In this document: positions 52,320 through 64,000 of the stretch, in pieces
How the letters are laid out: every line of letters starts with the position of its first letter
Position numbering within the stretch: position 1 is the first letter of the stretch
Source: Eledone cirrhosa
Taxonomy: Eukaryota
Assembly (NCBI GenBank): GCA_964016885.1
Contig: OZ024743.1
Span: 1,922,001-1,986,000 of the forward strand
Direction: 5' to 3'
DNA length: 64,000 nt
The notes under the pieces: model-generated
What the model was told of the DNA's origin: nothing
The model's database searches: none
Seen by the model: only the letters and a program-made list of their open reading frames with translations
Translations under genes and position numbers: made by a program

Positions 52320-53981
52320 AAAAACGATATCTATATAACAACCCCACCGTAAAACTACTCTTCCCCACTTTACAAACACTTTATATTATTTGTCATTAAG
52401 GTTTCTTAAAATAAATATATATACGTATGTGTAGTAATTAGTACGGGGGCTTAGAGAAGGGACGAGTGTGTCTTGATGGAGGGCACATGGGACCAGCAAA
52501 GTCCTAAAAATAGAGACCAGTAAATGAGATAAGGTCCTAGCTATGTTAAGAATATAAATAAGAAACATGTTCTATACATTTAAGAAGACAAGAGAAACAT
52601 GTTCTATACATTTAAGAAATAATTATTTACCTCTTTCATGTCGGTAATATAGCGGTGTTATAAAACTAATTATAACGACCGGTGTTAAAATAGAGAGAGA
52701 TAGACAGATAAATGTGTGTCACACTCTCACCCTCTCTTTAAATCTTTTACACTATCTAACTCGTACTTCTCACACTCTCTTTAAATCTTTTACTCTATCT
52801 ACCTCTCATTTCTATCTGTGTATGTATGTATGTATCTGTCTATGTGTAACTCGGTGTACTGGAGCAATATGAAGTGAAGTGTCTTGCTCAAGAAGACATT
52901 TTGTGGAGTTATATCATCGTTTCTTGTTATAAAGCTACTTATACTACCGGCGTAACAGTGGCTATAGGTGATAGATGTAGAAATAAAAGGCTGTAACAGC
53001 GATATAAATATAGATGAAATAGTTTACCACGAGACTAAGAATGAATGTTTAATGGAATTAAGTGTAATCTAATAGGAAATAAGACGCTAGAGCAGCGAAA
53101 TGTTTACGTAAAATAAAAGAACAACAAACAAGAGTGCAACATTGAAATTTTTGTTTTTTTTTGTCGATATAAGTGTTATTTTATGCGCGATTTGCCTTGC
53201 TGCCGGCGTTGCTCTGTCAGTAGCAGCCCCGCTTACGAACTTCAGGAGCCAACGACTTTACATGGTTCGAATCTCACCCTCTCCGCTCTTGTCGAGTTAT
53301 CTCCTACTCTTTTTACTTAGTTCCAGGTCATTAAAATAGAGCAAAGAGGGCGCGGCGATCGGCATATGCACTGGCTACAATGTTGAACTTTGGTACTGAC
53401 TGCGTAGTTGAACGTTCCACATACCAACCGCCCAACTGGCCAGTCAACCGCAAATACGGCTGGCTGGCCGGTTGGGTAGTTGGCAAATGTACTGGCTACC
53501 ATGCTGAACATTGTACTGACTGTCAAGTTGAACGTTCTAACCCTCTCTTTACATCTATTACTCTATCTACCGCTTATTTCTCCCCCTCTCTTTACTTCTA
53601 TAACCCTATCTCCCACTCTCTTTACATCTATTACAGTGTCTCCCTGTATATATACACGTATATATGCACTAGATTTTATAAGAAATCTACGTAATAATAT
53701 AATTAACAATAGTTGATGAATTAGACCAGAGTTAATTAAACAATAAATATGAATGAAATGGCAGTAGATGGCGAAACTTGAGTGTTGTGTGTGCATACAT
53801 ATATATGAGGTAAACTGGTTCAAATACTGTCAGGATTATATTGGATCAAAGACTGTATTAAATAGAAAGTAAAAAATGAAGTGAAAATATAAAAACAAAC
53901 TGAAAATTTCCCCATCCCTAGAAAAATTCAGATCTTGTTATATATAGATAATTGGCGCTTTAAATTGAATAAATATTCATT

Positions 53982-54014
<33 letters not shown>

Positions 54015-54241
54015 GTACACTGATATATATGTGTGTGTATATATATATATGTACATATATGTATATGTATATATATATATATGTACACTGATATATATGT
54101 GTGTGTATATATATATATGTACATATATGTATATGTATATATATATATATGTACACTGATATATATGTGTGTGTATATATATATATGTACGTATATGTAT
54201 ATGTATATATATATATGTACATATATGTATGTGTACATATG

Positions 54242-54278
<37 letters not shown>

Positions 54279-54318
54279 ACTTCATCATACGTCCGCTTTC
54301 CATGCTTGCAAGGGTGGA
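52320..54318. repeat. About 2-kb direct segmental duplication, copy 1
   Basis: Colinear with 57093-58950, including the microsatellite and the adjacent RTE tail. Confidence 0.93.
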
Positions 54319-54714
54319 GCCCTTCACTGATCAGGTTTCAACAGTTGATTTCTTCCAGACAAGGAGAGAGAAAGAAATAGAGAAGAACAACCCCTTATAA
54401 AAATACACCCTCACAGACATACATTTACACAAACACACACTCATGATATTGTTCAGTGAATTAAAAATGGGAGGGTAAAACAAGTATAACGTTTTATTTA
54501 TTTATTAACAACACAGTTTAACTCATTTGTATAATTAGAAGGAAAACACAAACAAATATAATATATACGAAGGAAAGGGAAAAATACACAAGCAGGTAAT
54601 ACCCACATCTTAGACCATAGAACAATATGCAGACGAAAGAATGGAAAACGTGCCGCTACCAGAGCAAAAGATAGCAATATAGCGAGGAGCACTGGGAAGC
54701 CTCTCTAATAATAT

Positions 54715-55110
54715 TTGTGGCAGGCCAGCACGCTCGCAGCGTTACCTGGAGTAATGGCAAGGCTGAGGTGCTGGAATAACCAAGTGCCCTCACGATAATC
54801 AACAGTTACCTCTGTTTGGTGAGCCACCAGTGAAGATAAGAAGCTCGCTGTCAGTAGCCCGACTCCCCCAGGCTGGATATTGTAGTTAGCTGACAGAACA
54901 CGGTATTTTAGGATTTTGTTCCATTCAGCTGCGGATGCTGTAGCTCTCGCCCTTACCGCTGCATCCAGAATGTGGGAAGAAGCAAAAGAATCACTAACTG
55001 TGACGTCCCAGGTAAGGCACCTGCCTCTTGACCGTGAAGTCTTTTCCCATCAATTCTGGACAACCCAGACGGTTTCAAAATTGAGGGGATGTATGCCCGG
55101 GCCAAAGCTC
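54715..55110 (-). pseudogene. Second CRE-clade endonuclease-domain fragment
   Basis: By-eye translation gives IPSILKPSGLSRIDGKR, GRCLTWDVTVSDSFASSH, NKILKY, WLFQHLSLAITPGNAASVL. Confidence 0.8.
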
Positions 55111-55289
55111 ATGAGTGGTAATAGGACAGTGTGTGTATGTGAACGTGCGAGTTTGTCGGCGTTCTTAAATTAGAGACACGTGTGTGTCACTGTTTTTAAG
55201 TTAGACATATGTGTGTATCCCTTTCCTTCCTTTTACACACACATACACATTGTGTGATGGACGGGTGGACAGAAGTCCCTCAAATTTAT

Positions 55290-55930
55290 ATACATGTGAA
55301 TGAAGTTCTACTGAAGCAGGTAGAGAGGTTCAAGTATCTTGGAGCTGTGTTCATGAGTGATGGAATGCAGGATGCTAAATTAAGTGCAAGAACTGCAAAA
55401 GCTGATGCAGTAATGCCTCAGCATTCAGCAATCAGAAGAAAGGGAGTAGGTGTAAAAGCCAAACTCGATGTCTTCCTGGTACTCCTGCCAACTCTTACCG
55501 AGGATCATGAATCTGGAGTAATGACCAAAAAAATACAATTGCAAATAAATGTGGCAGAAATGGGATTCCTCCGAAGGTTCTTTGGAGTAACGTTACTCGA
55601 TAAAGTGCATAACCCAGAGAACAGAGTCACTCCTGGTAGAGCTACTAATTCTCTGAATTGAGAGATCCAAACTCTGATATTATGAGTATGTGGTTAGAAT
55701 GTCTCAGTAAAGAATCGCTGGACACATTTTTACAGGCAAAACCAACCGTCAAGAGACTCAGAGGTAGACCCTGAGCAAGATAGTTGGATAACATCCATGA
55801 GCTTAGCTGGTCACGCTTTGGGATCCAGCTGCATCAGTTAGAGATGTTTGCTACTGACAGACTCGCTGGAAGAGTGTTTGAGAAGGACTCTGCCCCCACG
55901 ACCCTATCAGAAATAAGTGGGCGAAGAAAA
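55290..55930 (+). pseudogene. RTE-like LINE 3' fragment (third family)
   Basis: LKQVERFKYLG, LPTL, AEMGFLRR..GVTLLDKV, RGRP motifs. Confidence 0.8.
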
Positions 55931-56373
55931 AGATATTGTCAATTTACTTTTCAATTTACATATATATATATTTGCTTATATATATTTACATATATATATA
56001 TATTTGCACACTACACATGCTAGCAGATATATCGATATATAAAAAACAGAAACAATAACAAATATATATACTCTTAAAAATAAAATTAAAATTAAATTAC
56101 TTAATTAGCTTTCTATATCCTGTTACGACAAACACGTGTCTCGTCGGAAATATCTAAGAGACCTAAAATAAATCCCGTAAACGAGAAAATTGAAAAATAA
56201 TCACGTCTAAATATATGTACTTACCTTTTACAGGTGTTGTTGATGAAGGTAATGAGTTAACTCCGGTAAAAATCCAAGATTTGTGTCGATTAGAATTTCA
56301 CTTTGGCAGAGAGAAAGGAATGCAGTCTGTGTATCTAAGCAATACATATATTTATGTCTCTCTCTCATATATA

Positions 56374-56404
<31 letters not shown>

Positions 56405-56829
56405 TATATATATGAGAGATACCCTAACCCTACTCACGTAAATAACTACAAATGAAAATTCTATTAAAAAAATTATAATTTCAAGGGAGATAACTATATT
56501 TTACCATTTGGTTCCCTCCCTTTGTAAGTGTGTTTTATTTACGTATTCAGACAGTCAGCCACACAGACACACAATATGAGTGCGCGACGTTGTATCTAAT
56601 TATCTATCTAATTACTTGTCAGTTAAAACATTGCCTTTCTTTTCATATATTAGAGAGAGCCGCAATGTTGAATTTCTTTACCTTATGTAAGTGTATAGGA
56701 GAGAGAGAGAGAAGAGATGTATGGAAGAGAGAGACAGAGACTGAAAGAGGCAGAGAGAGAATGGTTGCTGTTATATATATACATTTCTGTCTCTATCTTT
56801 ATATATATAAAGAATAATTGTTTATACTT

Positions 56830-56990
56830 TTGGCACAAGGCCAGCAATCACGCAGTGCATTACTGGTACTTTATTTTATCGATCCTGTAAGGATGAAAGG
56901 CAAAGTCAACCTCGGCGGGATTTGAACTCACATCGTAAAGGGACGTAACTATGCTGGAAAGCATGGTGTCTGACCCTCTACCGATACTGT
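56830..56990 (-). mobile_element. tRNA-derived SINE (degenerate)
   Basis: Minus strand gagttcaaatcc (box B) followed by cgccgaggttgactttgcctttcatcc...aaataaagtaccagt. The same body occurs at ~37430-37495 (+). Confidence 0.7.
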
Positions 56991-57092
56991 CAATCCATAT
57001 ATAAAGAATTTCAACCGACAGCGATTCATCCTGAGAGTGTGGGGGCTCTAGAATCAGGAATCTTAAAATTTTCTGAAGAAGAGTCTTTATGG

Positions 57093-58779
57093 AAAAACGA
57101 TATCTATATAACAACCCCACCGTAAAACTACTCTTCCCCACTTTACAAACACTTTATATTATTTGTCATTAAGGTTTCTTAAAATAAATATATATACGTA
57201 TGTGTAGTAATTAGTACGGGGGCTTAGAGAAGGGACGAGTGTGTCTTGATGGAGGGCACATGGGACCAGCAAAGTCCTAAAAGTAGAGACCAGTAAATGA
57301 GATAAGGTCCTAGCTATGTTAAGAATATAAATAAGAAACATGTTCTATACATTTAAGAAGACAAGAGAAACATGTTCTATACATTTAAGAAATAATTATT
57401 TACCTCTTTCATGTCGGTAATATAGCGGTGTTATAAAACTAATTATAACGACCGGTGTTAAAATAGAGAGAGATAGACAGATAAATGTGTGTCACACTCT
57501 CACCCTCTCTTTAAATCTTTTACACTATCTAACTCGTCCTTCTCCCACTCTCTTTACATCTTTTACTCTATCTCCCTGTCTTTACATCTACCTCTTATTT
57601 CTATCTGTGTACATATATATGTGTATGTATGTATCTGTTTATGTGTAACTAGGTGTACTGGAGCAATATGAAATGAAGTGTCTTGCTCAAGAACACATTT
57701 TGTGGAGTTATATCATCGTTTCTTGTTATAAAGCTACTTATAATACCGGCGTAACTGTGGCTATAGGTGAAAGATGTAGAAATCAAAGGCTGTAACAGCG
57801 ATATAAATATAGATGAAATAGTTTACCACGAGACTAAGAATGAATGTTTAATGGAATTAAGTGTAATCTAATAGGAAATAAGACGCTAGAGCAGCGAAAT
57901 GTTTACGTAAAATAAAAGAACAACAAACAAGAGTGCAACATTGAAATTTTTGTTTTTTTGTCGATATAAGCGTTATTTTATGCGCGATTTGCCTTGCTGC
58001 CGGCGTTGCTCAGTCAGTAGCAGCCCCGCTTACGAACTTCAGGAGCCAAAGACTTTACATGGTTCGAATCTCACCCTCTCCGCTCTTGTCGAGTTATCTC
58101 CTACTCTTTTTCCTTAGTTCCAGGTCATTGAAAAAGAGCAAAGAGGGCGCGGCGATCGGCATATGCACTGGCTACAATGTTGAACTTTGGTACTGACTGC
58201 GTAGTTGAACGTTCCACATACCAACCGCCCAACTGGCCAGTCAACCGCAAATACGGCTGGCTGGCCGGTTGGGTAGTTGGCAAATGTACTGGCTACCATG
58301 CTGAACATTGGTGCTGACTGTCAAGTTGAACGTTCTAACCCTCTCTTTACATCTATTACTCTATCTACCGCTTATTTCTCTCCCTCTCTTTACTTCTATA
58401 ACTCTATCTCACACTCTCTTTACATCTATTACAGTGTCTCCCTGTATATATACACGTATATATGCACTAGATTTTATAAGAAATCTACGTAATAATATAA
58501 TTAACAATAGTTGATGAATTAGACCAGAGTTAATTAAACAATAAATATGAATGAAATGGCAGTAGATGGCGAAACTTGAGTGTTGTGTGTGCATACATAT
58601 ATATGAGGTAAACTGGTTCAAATACTGTCAGGATTATATTGGATCAAAGACTGTATTAAATAGAAAGTAAAAAATGAAGTGAAAATATAAAAACAAACTG
58701 AAAATTTCTCCATCCCTAGAAAAATTCATATCTTGTTATATATAGATAATTGGCACTTTAAATTGAATAAATATTCATT

Positions 58780-58810
<31 letters not shown>

Positions 58811-58950
58811 TGATATATATGTGTGTATATATATATGTGTATATATATGTATATGTATATGTGTACATATGTATGTGTATATATATACTAATATATATAT
58901 ATATATATCAACTTCATCATACGTTCGCTTTTCCATGCTTGCAAGGGTGG
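57093..58950. repeat. About 2-kb direct segmental duplication, copy 2
   Basis: Colinear with 52320-54318. Confidence 0.93.
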
Positions 58951-59110
58951 GATGGGAGCTGATTCTGGATTGGTTTCTACAGCTGGGTGCCCTTCCTGAC
59001 GCCAACCCCGTTTGCAATGAGTGCTGGGTGCTTTTTTTTCCGTGGCACCTCCACGTCAGCTTTACAGTGCGGGCTGGGTGCTTTTTTGCCGTGGCGCCTC
59101 CACGACCACT
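58912..59110 (-). mobile_element. RTE-derived short element
   Basis: Reverse complement is related to 49358-49522. Confidence 0.7.
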
Positions 59111-59142
59111 TTTTGGTGGGGTGGTGGGGTGGTATGTGTATA

Positions 59143-59453
59143 CCCAGCCCATTGTCATTTCCCACCCAGAAAAGCTTATAGCATCGTTCTTTACCCACGA
59201 TGAATCTAGCAGACCCACCCCTCTACCTGGTCTCCTGAATACAACAAACATCGACCTCCTTACGTTCAAGCATTTCTACAACCTCGTTAGAGCCACCCTT
59301 TAAGGTGCCTACATTCATGGTACCAACTCTGAAGTTTTGGATTGCGTTTGGAGGGTGGGAGCGGTGGGGAGCGGGGGTGGGGTTATGTTAGCCATCCGCG
59401 GCCGAAACAAAGAGGAGGAGCCCTTGCATTCTCGTCCATGAGGTGGATTTGTC
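59143..59453 (-). mobile_element. RTE 5' end and start of the endonuclease ORF (truncated duplicate of 61860-62170)
   Basis: MNVGTLKGGSNEVVEML...CCIQETR, YKLFWVGNDNGLG. Confidence 0.88.
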
Positions 59454-59463
59454 TTTATGTATG

Positions 59464-59498
<35 letters not shown>

Positions 59499-59851
59499 GT
59501 ATATGTATATATGAGTGTATATGTGTATATGTATGTGTATGTATGTGTATATATATGTATATGTATATGTGTGTGTATGTATATATGTGTGTGTATGTGT
59601 ATGTATATGTATGTGTATGTGTATATGTATGTATATGTATGTAGGTGTATATGTGTATATATGTATATATGTATATGTGTGTATGTATGTATATATGTAT
59701 GTATGTGTATATATGTATGTATGTGTATATATGTATGTATGTATATGTATGTATATGTATATATACGTGTGTATATGTATATATACTTATGTATATGTGT
59801 ATATGCTTATGTATGTATATGTATATATGTATGTATACGTATATATGTATG

Positions 59852-59883
<32 letters not shown>

Positions 59884-59905
59884 TGTATGTATGTATGTAT
59901 GTTGA

Positions 59906-60516
59906 GTCAGGTCACCAGTTGGTGCTACTGGTAACATGTATCCCAGTACAACCTGCCCCATGGTCGGGTCGTTGGCGACTAAACTGGCAACCCCACCAAG
60001 GTTTCTTGGTGAGGAGGGTGACTTTGGACATCCTGCAGGACTAAAAACAAAACCTGTCAAAGGGCAAAGGAGCTCTTTAGAGTCAATGGCCATCCCAAAT
60101 CACTGGGAGAGATGACCCCTTAGCCTTTGTCAAGGCAGAATTCTAGGAGAAGGAAAACTCTGATATAACACCTGCAACCCTGATGGTATCCAATGATGTT
60201 GACTTGTTCTTCTTTTTGGTAAATATTATCTTGGTTAAGAGAGTGGGACTGGCTTTGTGCAGTGCCTTTGCTCACTATAAAAGCTTCACGGCACAGGCAT
60301 TGCTTTATATCTGGAGATCTCCCTGAACTTGTCGTCACATGGTACCATGGGCCCAGCACTATGTGTGTCAATAATTGTCACAAGTGTAGTGTTTGTACCA
60401 GAGTTTTCAAGTCACTGGCTGGACTAAAAAGTCACACTTGTTTAGCGCATCGGTAGGGGTTCTCCTACATGGATATAAAGTGGTGGCCGTACTCGAAAAC
60501 GAGTTGGCAGCCACCA
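59906..60516 (+). mobile_element. Bipartite non-autonomous RTE-derived element (copy 3)
   Basis: Same element and ends as 897-1501. Encodes [25 protein letters not shown]. Confidence 0.75.
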
Positions 60517-60614
60517 TGTATGTATGTATGTATGTATGTATGTATGTGTATATGTATATGTATGTATGTATGTATGTGTATATATATATGTTTGTGTATA
60601 TATATATGTATGTG

Positions 60615-60645
<31 letters not shown>

Positions 60646-60654
60646 ATGTATATG

Positions 60655-62170
60655 GAGGCCTTACTTATTATACTACCTTCAACTTGCACTGCTGGTCCCT
60701 CTATTGGGTCGATGTGGGGGAGACTGTTTTTCTCCCAATTATTCTCCTCATTTAGTAGCATTTCGCAGTGACACTTCCAAGCTACCTTCTTATCAGCGTC
60801 AGTGATGGCAAGTACACCATCATCATTTAGGACACACTTCTCCCTGACAATATTACTGTTTTCCTTGACACATTGCCTAGCAATCCTGAACACCTCACGT
60901 TTTTGGTCCTCGCGTTGTAGAACATGCTTGAACTTTCTTTCCTCTGCTTCCCTTCCTGCGAAGTACACTTGTCTCCTAGCTTCCCTACTGGCCACTTGAT
61001 AGTCTTCTCTACTTCCCCCATCCCATCATGCTTTCCAAGCCTGCTTTTTGGCCTTGACTGACCTCTCCACCTTACTGTTCCACCACCAAGTTACTCTCCT
61101 CCTGCCTATAGGCCTGCTCCAGCCACAGGTTTCATCTGTCGCCTTCAGCAGGTTAGCTTTCAGGAATTCCCACTGTTCCTCTATATTGTACGACTCTAAT
61201 TGCTCTTCCTTACTATCGAAAGCATCAAGTAATATGCTTTTAAATTTATGACTGGCTGTGGGGTCCTTTAATTTCCATATTTTTCTCCTGAGGATAGTCC
61301 TCTTCTGTTGTCGAATACGTCTCGTCCTGACTATGAGGTCGCTAATTATGAGTCTATGTTGAGACGTGCATTCTTCATGGGGGAGGGATTTAGTGTTTAC
61401 AACAGACACTCTGTCACGTCTCCTGGTAAGGATATAAGCTACCTGGCTTGTGTGTTCCCCCGATCTATAGGTGATCAAGTGATTGTCTCGTTTTTTTAAG
61501 TTAGTGTTACAGATAGCTAGGTTATTTGCGTCACAGAATTCCAGGATTCTGGAGCCTTCCTCATTTCTAGTACCAAACTCATAGCCTCCATGGATTCCGT
61601 CACAGCCGTCACAATGTTGTCCAACGTGACCATTTAGGTCGCCAGCAATAATTATATAGTCACTGTCGGTAATTTGGGAGGTAGTGAGCATCAGTGTCTC
61701 ATAGAATCTGTCTTTTATAGTGCCGGGCAGTCCGGATTGGGGGGCGTACGCAGATATTACTGTCACCGTAGTTCTATCGAGGACAAGTCTTATTTTAATT
61801 ATTCTGTCGTTCACTCTATTTACGTCTATTATCTTATCTGCTACCATGATTCCTACCCCACCCAGCCCATTGTCATTTCCCACCCAGAAAAGCTTATAGC
61901 ATCGTTCTTTACCCACGATGAATCTAGCAGACCCACCCTCCACCTGGTCTCTTGAATACAACAAACATCGACCTCCTTACGTTCAAGCATTTCTACAACC
62001 TCGTTAGAGCCACCCTTTAAGGTGCCTAGATTCATGGTACCAACTCTGAAGTTTTGGATTGCGTTTGGAGGGTGGGAGCGGTGGGGAGCGGGGGTGGGGT
62101 TATGTTAGCCATCCGCGGCCGAAACAAAGAGGAGGAGCCCTTGCATTCTCGTCCATGAGGTGGATTTGTC
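60655..62170 (-). pseudogene. 5' half of an RTE LINE: 5' UTR, AP endonuclease and linker
   Basis: MNLGTL, CCIQETRW, GVGIMV, ISAYAPQ, AGDLNGHVG, ECTSQHRLII, TWWWN motifs. Two frameshifts, truncated before the RT. Confidence 0.95.
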
Positions 62171-62673
62171 TTTATGTATATATATATATGTGTATGTATG
62201 TGTGTGTATGTATGTATATGTATATATGAGTGTATATGTGTATATGTATGTGTATGTATGTGTATATATGTGTATACATGTATATATGTATGTATATGTA
62301 TATATGTTTGTCTGTGTATATATGTATGTATATGTATGTATGTATATGTATATATACTTGTGTATATGTATATATACTTGTGTATATGTATATATACTTG
62401 TGTATATGTATATATACTTATGTATATGTATATATACTTATGTATATGTGTATATGCTTATGTATGTGTATGTATGTATGTATGTATATGTATATTATGT
62501 ATATATATATATGTATGTGTGTATTATGTATATGTATATATATGTATGTATGTGTATGTATGTATGTATGTATGTATGTATGTATGTATGTATGTATGTA
62601 TGTATGTATGTATGTGTATATATGTATGTATATGTATGTATGTATGTATATGTATGTGTATGTATATGTATAT

Positions 62674-63023
62674 GGAAGCACATGGCTAGTGGTTAGAACA
62701 TTGGCCTGGCAATCGAAAGGTTGTGAGTTTAATTCTCAGACCGGGTGATGTGTTGTTTCCTTGAGCAAGTCACTTTATTTCACATTGCTCCAGTTTACTC
62801 AGCTGTAGAAATGAGATGATAGGGACTGGGGTCCATATCATTCCACTGCAAAGTGGTCGTGGAGGTGCCACGGCAACAAAAGCACCCAGCACTCACTGTA
62901 AATGAGGTTGGTGTTAGGAATGGCATCCAGCTGTAGAAATCAAGCGAGAATCAGTTCCCATCCCACCCTTGCAAGTGCAAGCAGGGAAAAAGCGGACTTA
63001 AAACGAAATGATGATGATGATGA
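62674..63023 (+). mobile_element. tRNA SINE followed by an RTE-derived short element (duplicate of 49178-49522)
   Basis: Colinear with 49178-49522, including the junction between the two parts. Confidence 0.85.
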
Positions 63024-63067
63024 TGTATGTATGTGTATATGTATGTATGTATATGTATGTATGTGTA

Positions 63068-64000
63068 TGAGATGCAGTTTTGTTTTGTGCCTCGGAAAAG
63101 TACAACAGATGCCCTCTTCTTAGTGAGACAACTACAAGAGAGGTTCTTAGAGAAGAATAAGCCACTATACTTAGCTTTTGATGACTTAGAGGAGGTCTTT
63201 GATAGTGTACCACGATCTGTCATCTGGTGGTCTCTAAGGAAAATAGGTGTAGAGGAATGGCTTGTGAGGACAGTGCAAGCTAAGTACAGAGGTTCTGTCA
63301 GTAAAGTGAGAGAAGTAATGGAGTTTAATGAGGAATTCCAGATACAAGTAGGAGTGCATCAGGGCTCTGTCCTCAGCCCGCTCTGGTTCATTATAATTCT
63401 CCAAGCCATAACATGAGTTTAAGACTGGCTGCCCATGGGAACTTCTCTAGGCTGACGATCTGGTACTTATAGCAGATTCAGTAGAGGAACTAGAGAAGAA
63501 ATTCTGTCTATGGAAAAAGCAGTTGGAAGCAAGAGGACTGAGAGTGAACCTAGCTAAGACAAAAGTGTTGATAAGTAGAGAAGAGGACAAAACTCTGATT
63601 CCATCAGGGAAATGGTCATGTTCAATATGTAGAAAAGGAGTTGGGATTAATTCTATAAAATGTACACAATGCAGATCCTGGGTACACAAGAGATGTAGTG
63701 GGATAGCAGGCAAACTAACAAGTAGGGAGAAATACGTATGCAGTAGTTGTACAGAACTTGACAGTAGAAGACGCAGTGATAGGCACATTTACCACATGAA
63801 GGTGGGTTCTATAGAAGTGGGTGATAGCTTCTGCTACCTAGGTGATCTGATTAGAATGGGAAGGGATGTTCCGAGACCATAATATCTAGAATAAGAACGG
63901 GTCGGAAGAAATTTAAGGAGCTGCTTCCTCTGTTGACAAAGAAGGATTTCTCCCTGCGTACGAAAGGACGGTTATATGATGACTGTGTGAGATGCGCGAT
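63068..64000 (+). pseudogene. RTE RT plus PHD-like finger fragment (duplicate of 42550-43480)
   Basis: Shares lesions with the 42.5-43.5 kb copy, e.g. the ELL*ADD stop and AFDDLEEVFDSVP. Confidence 0.92.

Noticed and set aside
52320-58950. Two 2-kb direct repeats as LTRs of one retrotransposon
   Set aside because: No TG...CA ends, PBS or gag/pol between them. The repeats include microsatellite, SINE and RTE debris, so a segmental duplication fits better.

Overview
AT-rich animal genomic DNA made almost entirely of transposon debris and (TA)n/(TATG)n microsatellites. The SINE/RTE repertoire suggests an octopod cephalopod (inference). I see no intact host protein-coding gene. Positions ~1.5-35.7 kb form a macrosatellite: six nearly identical ~3.71-kb units (type A), then about three older 3.2-4.0-kb variants (type B), all built from RTE LINE fragments. 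Each unit carries an inverted RTE fragment with a dense patch of A-to-G changes that spares GpA. This matches ADAR A-to-I hyper-editing and suggests an edited RNA was reverse-transcribed into the genome and then amplified. The rest of the window holds RTE, CR1, CRE, Gypsy, Tigger/pogo, Helitron and tRNA-SINE remnants, local segmental duplications, and several Penelope-type hammerhead ribozyme motifs. The two best-formed hammerheads have a CCGAUGA (U4C) core. All alignments and folds were done by eye, so most boundaries are approximate.
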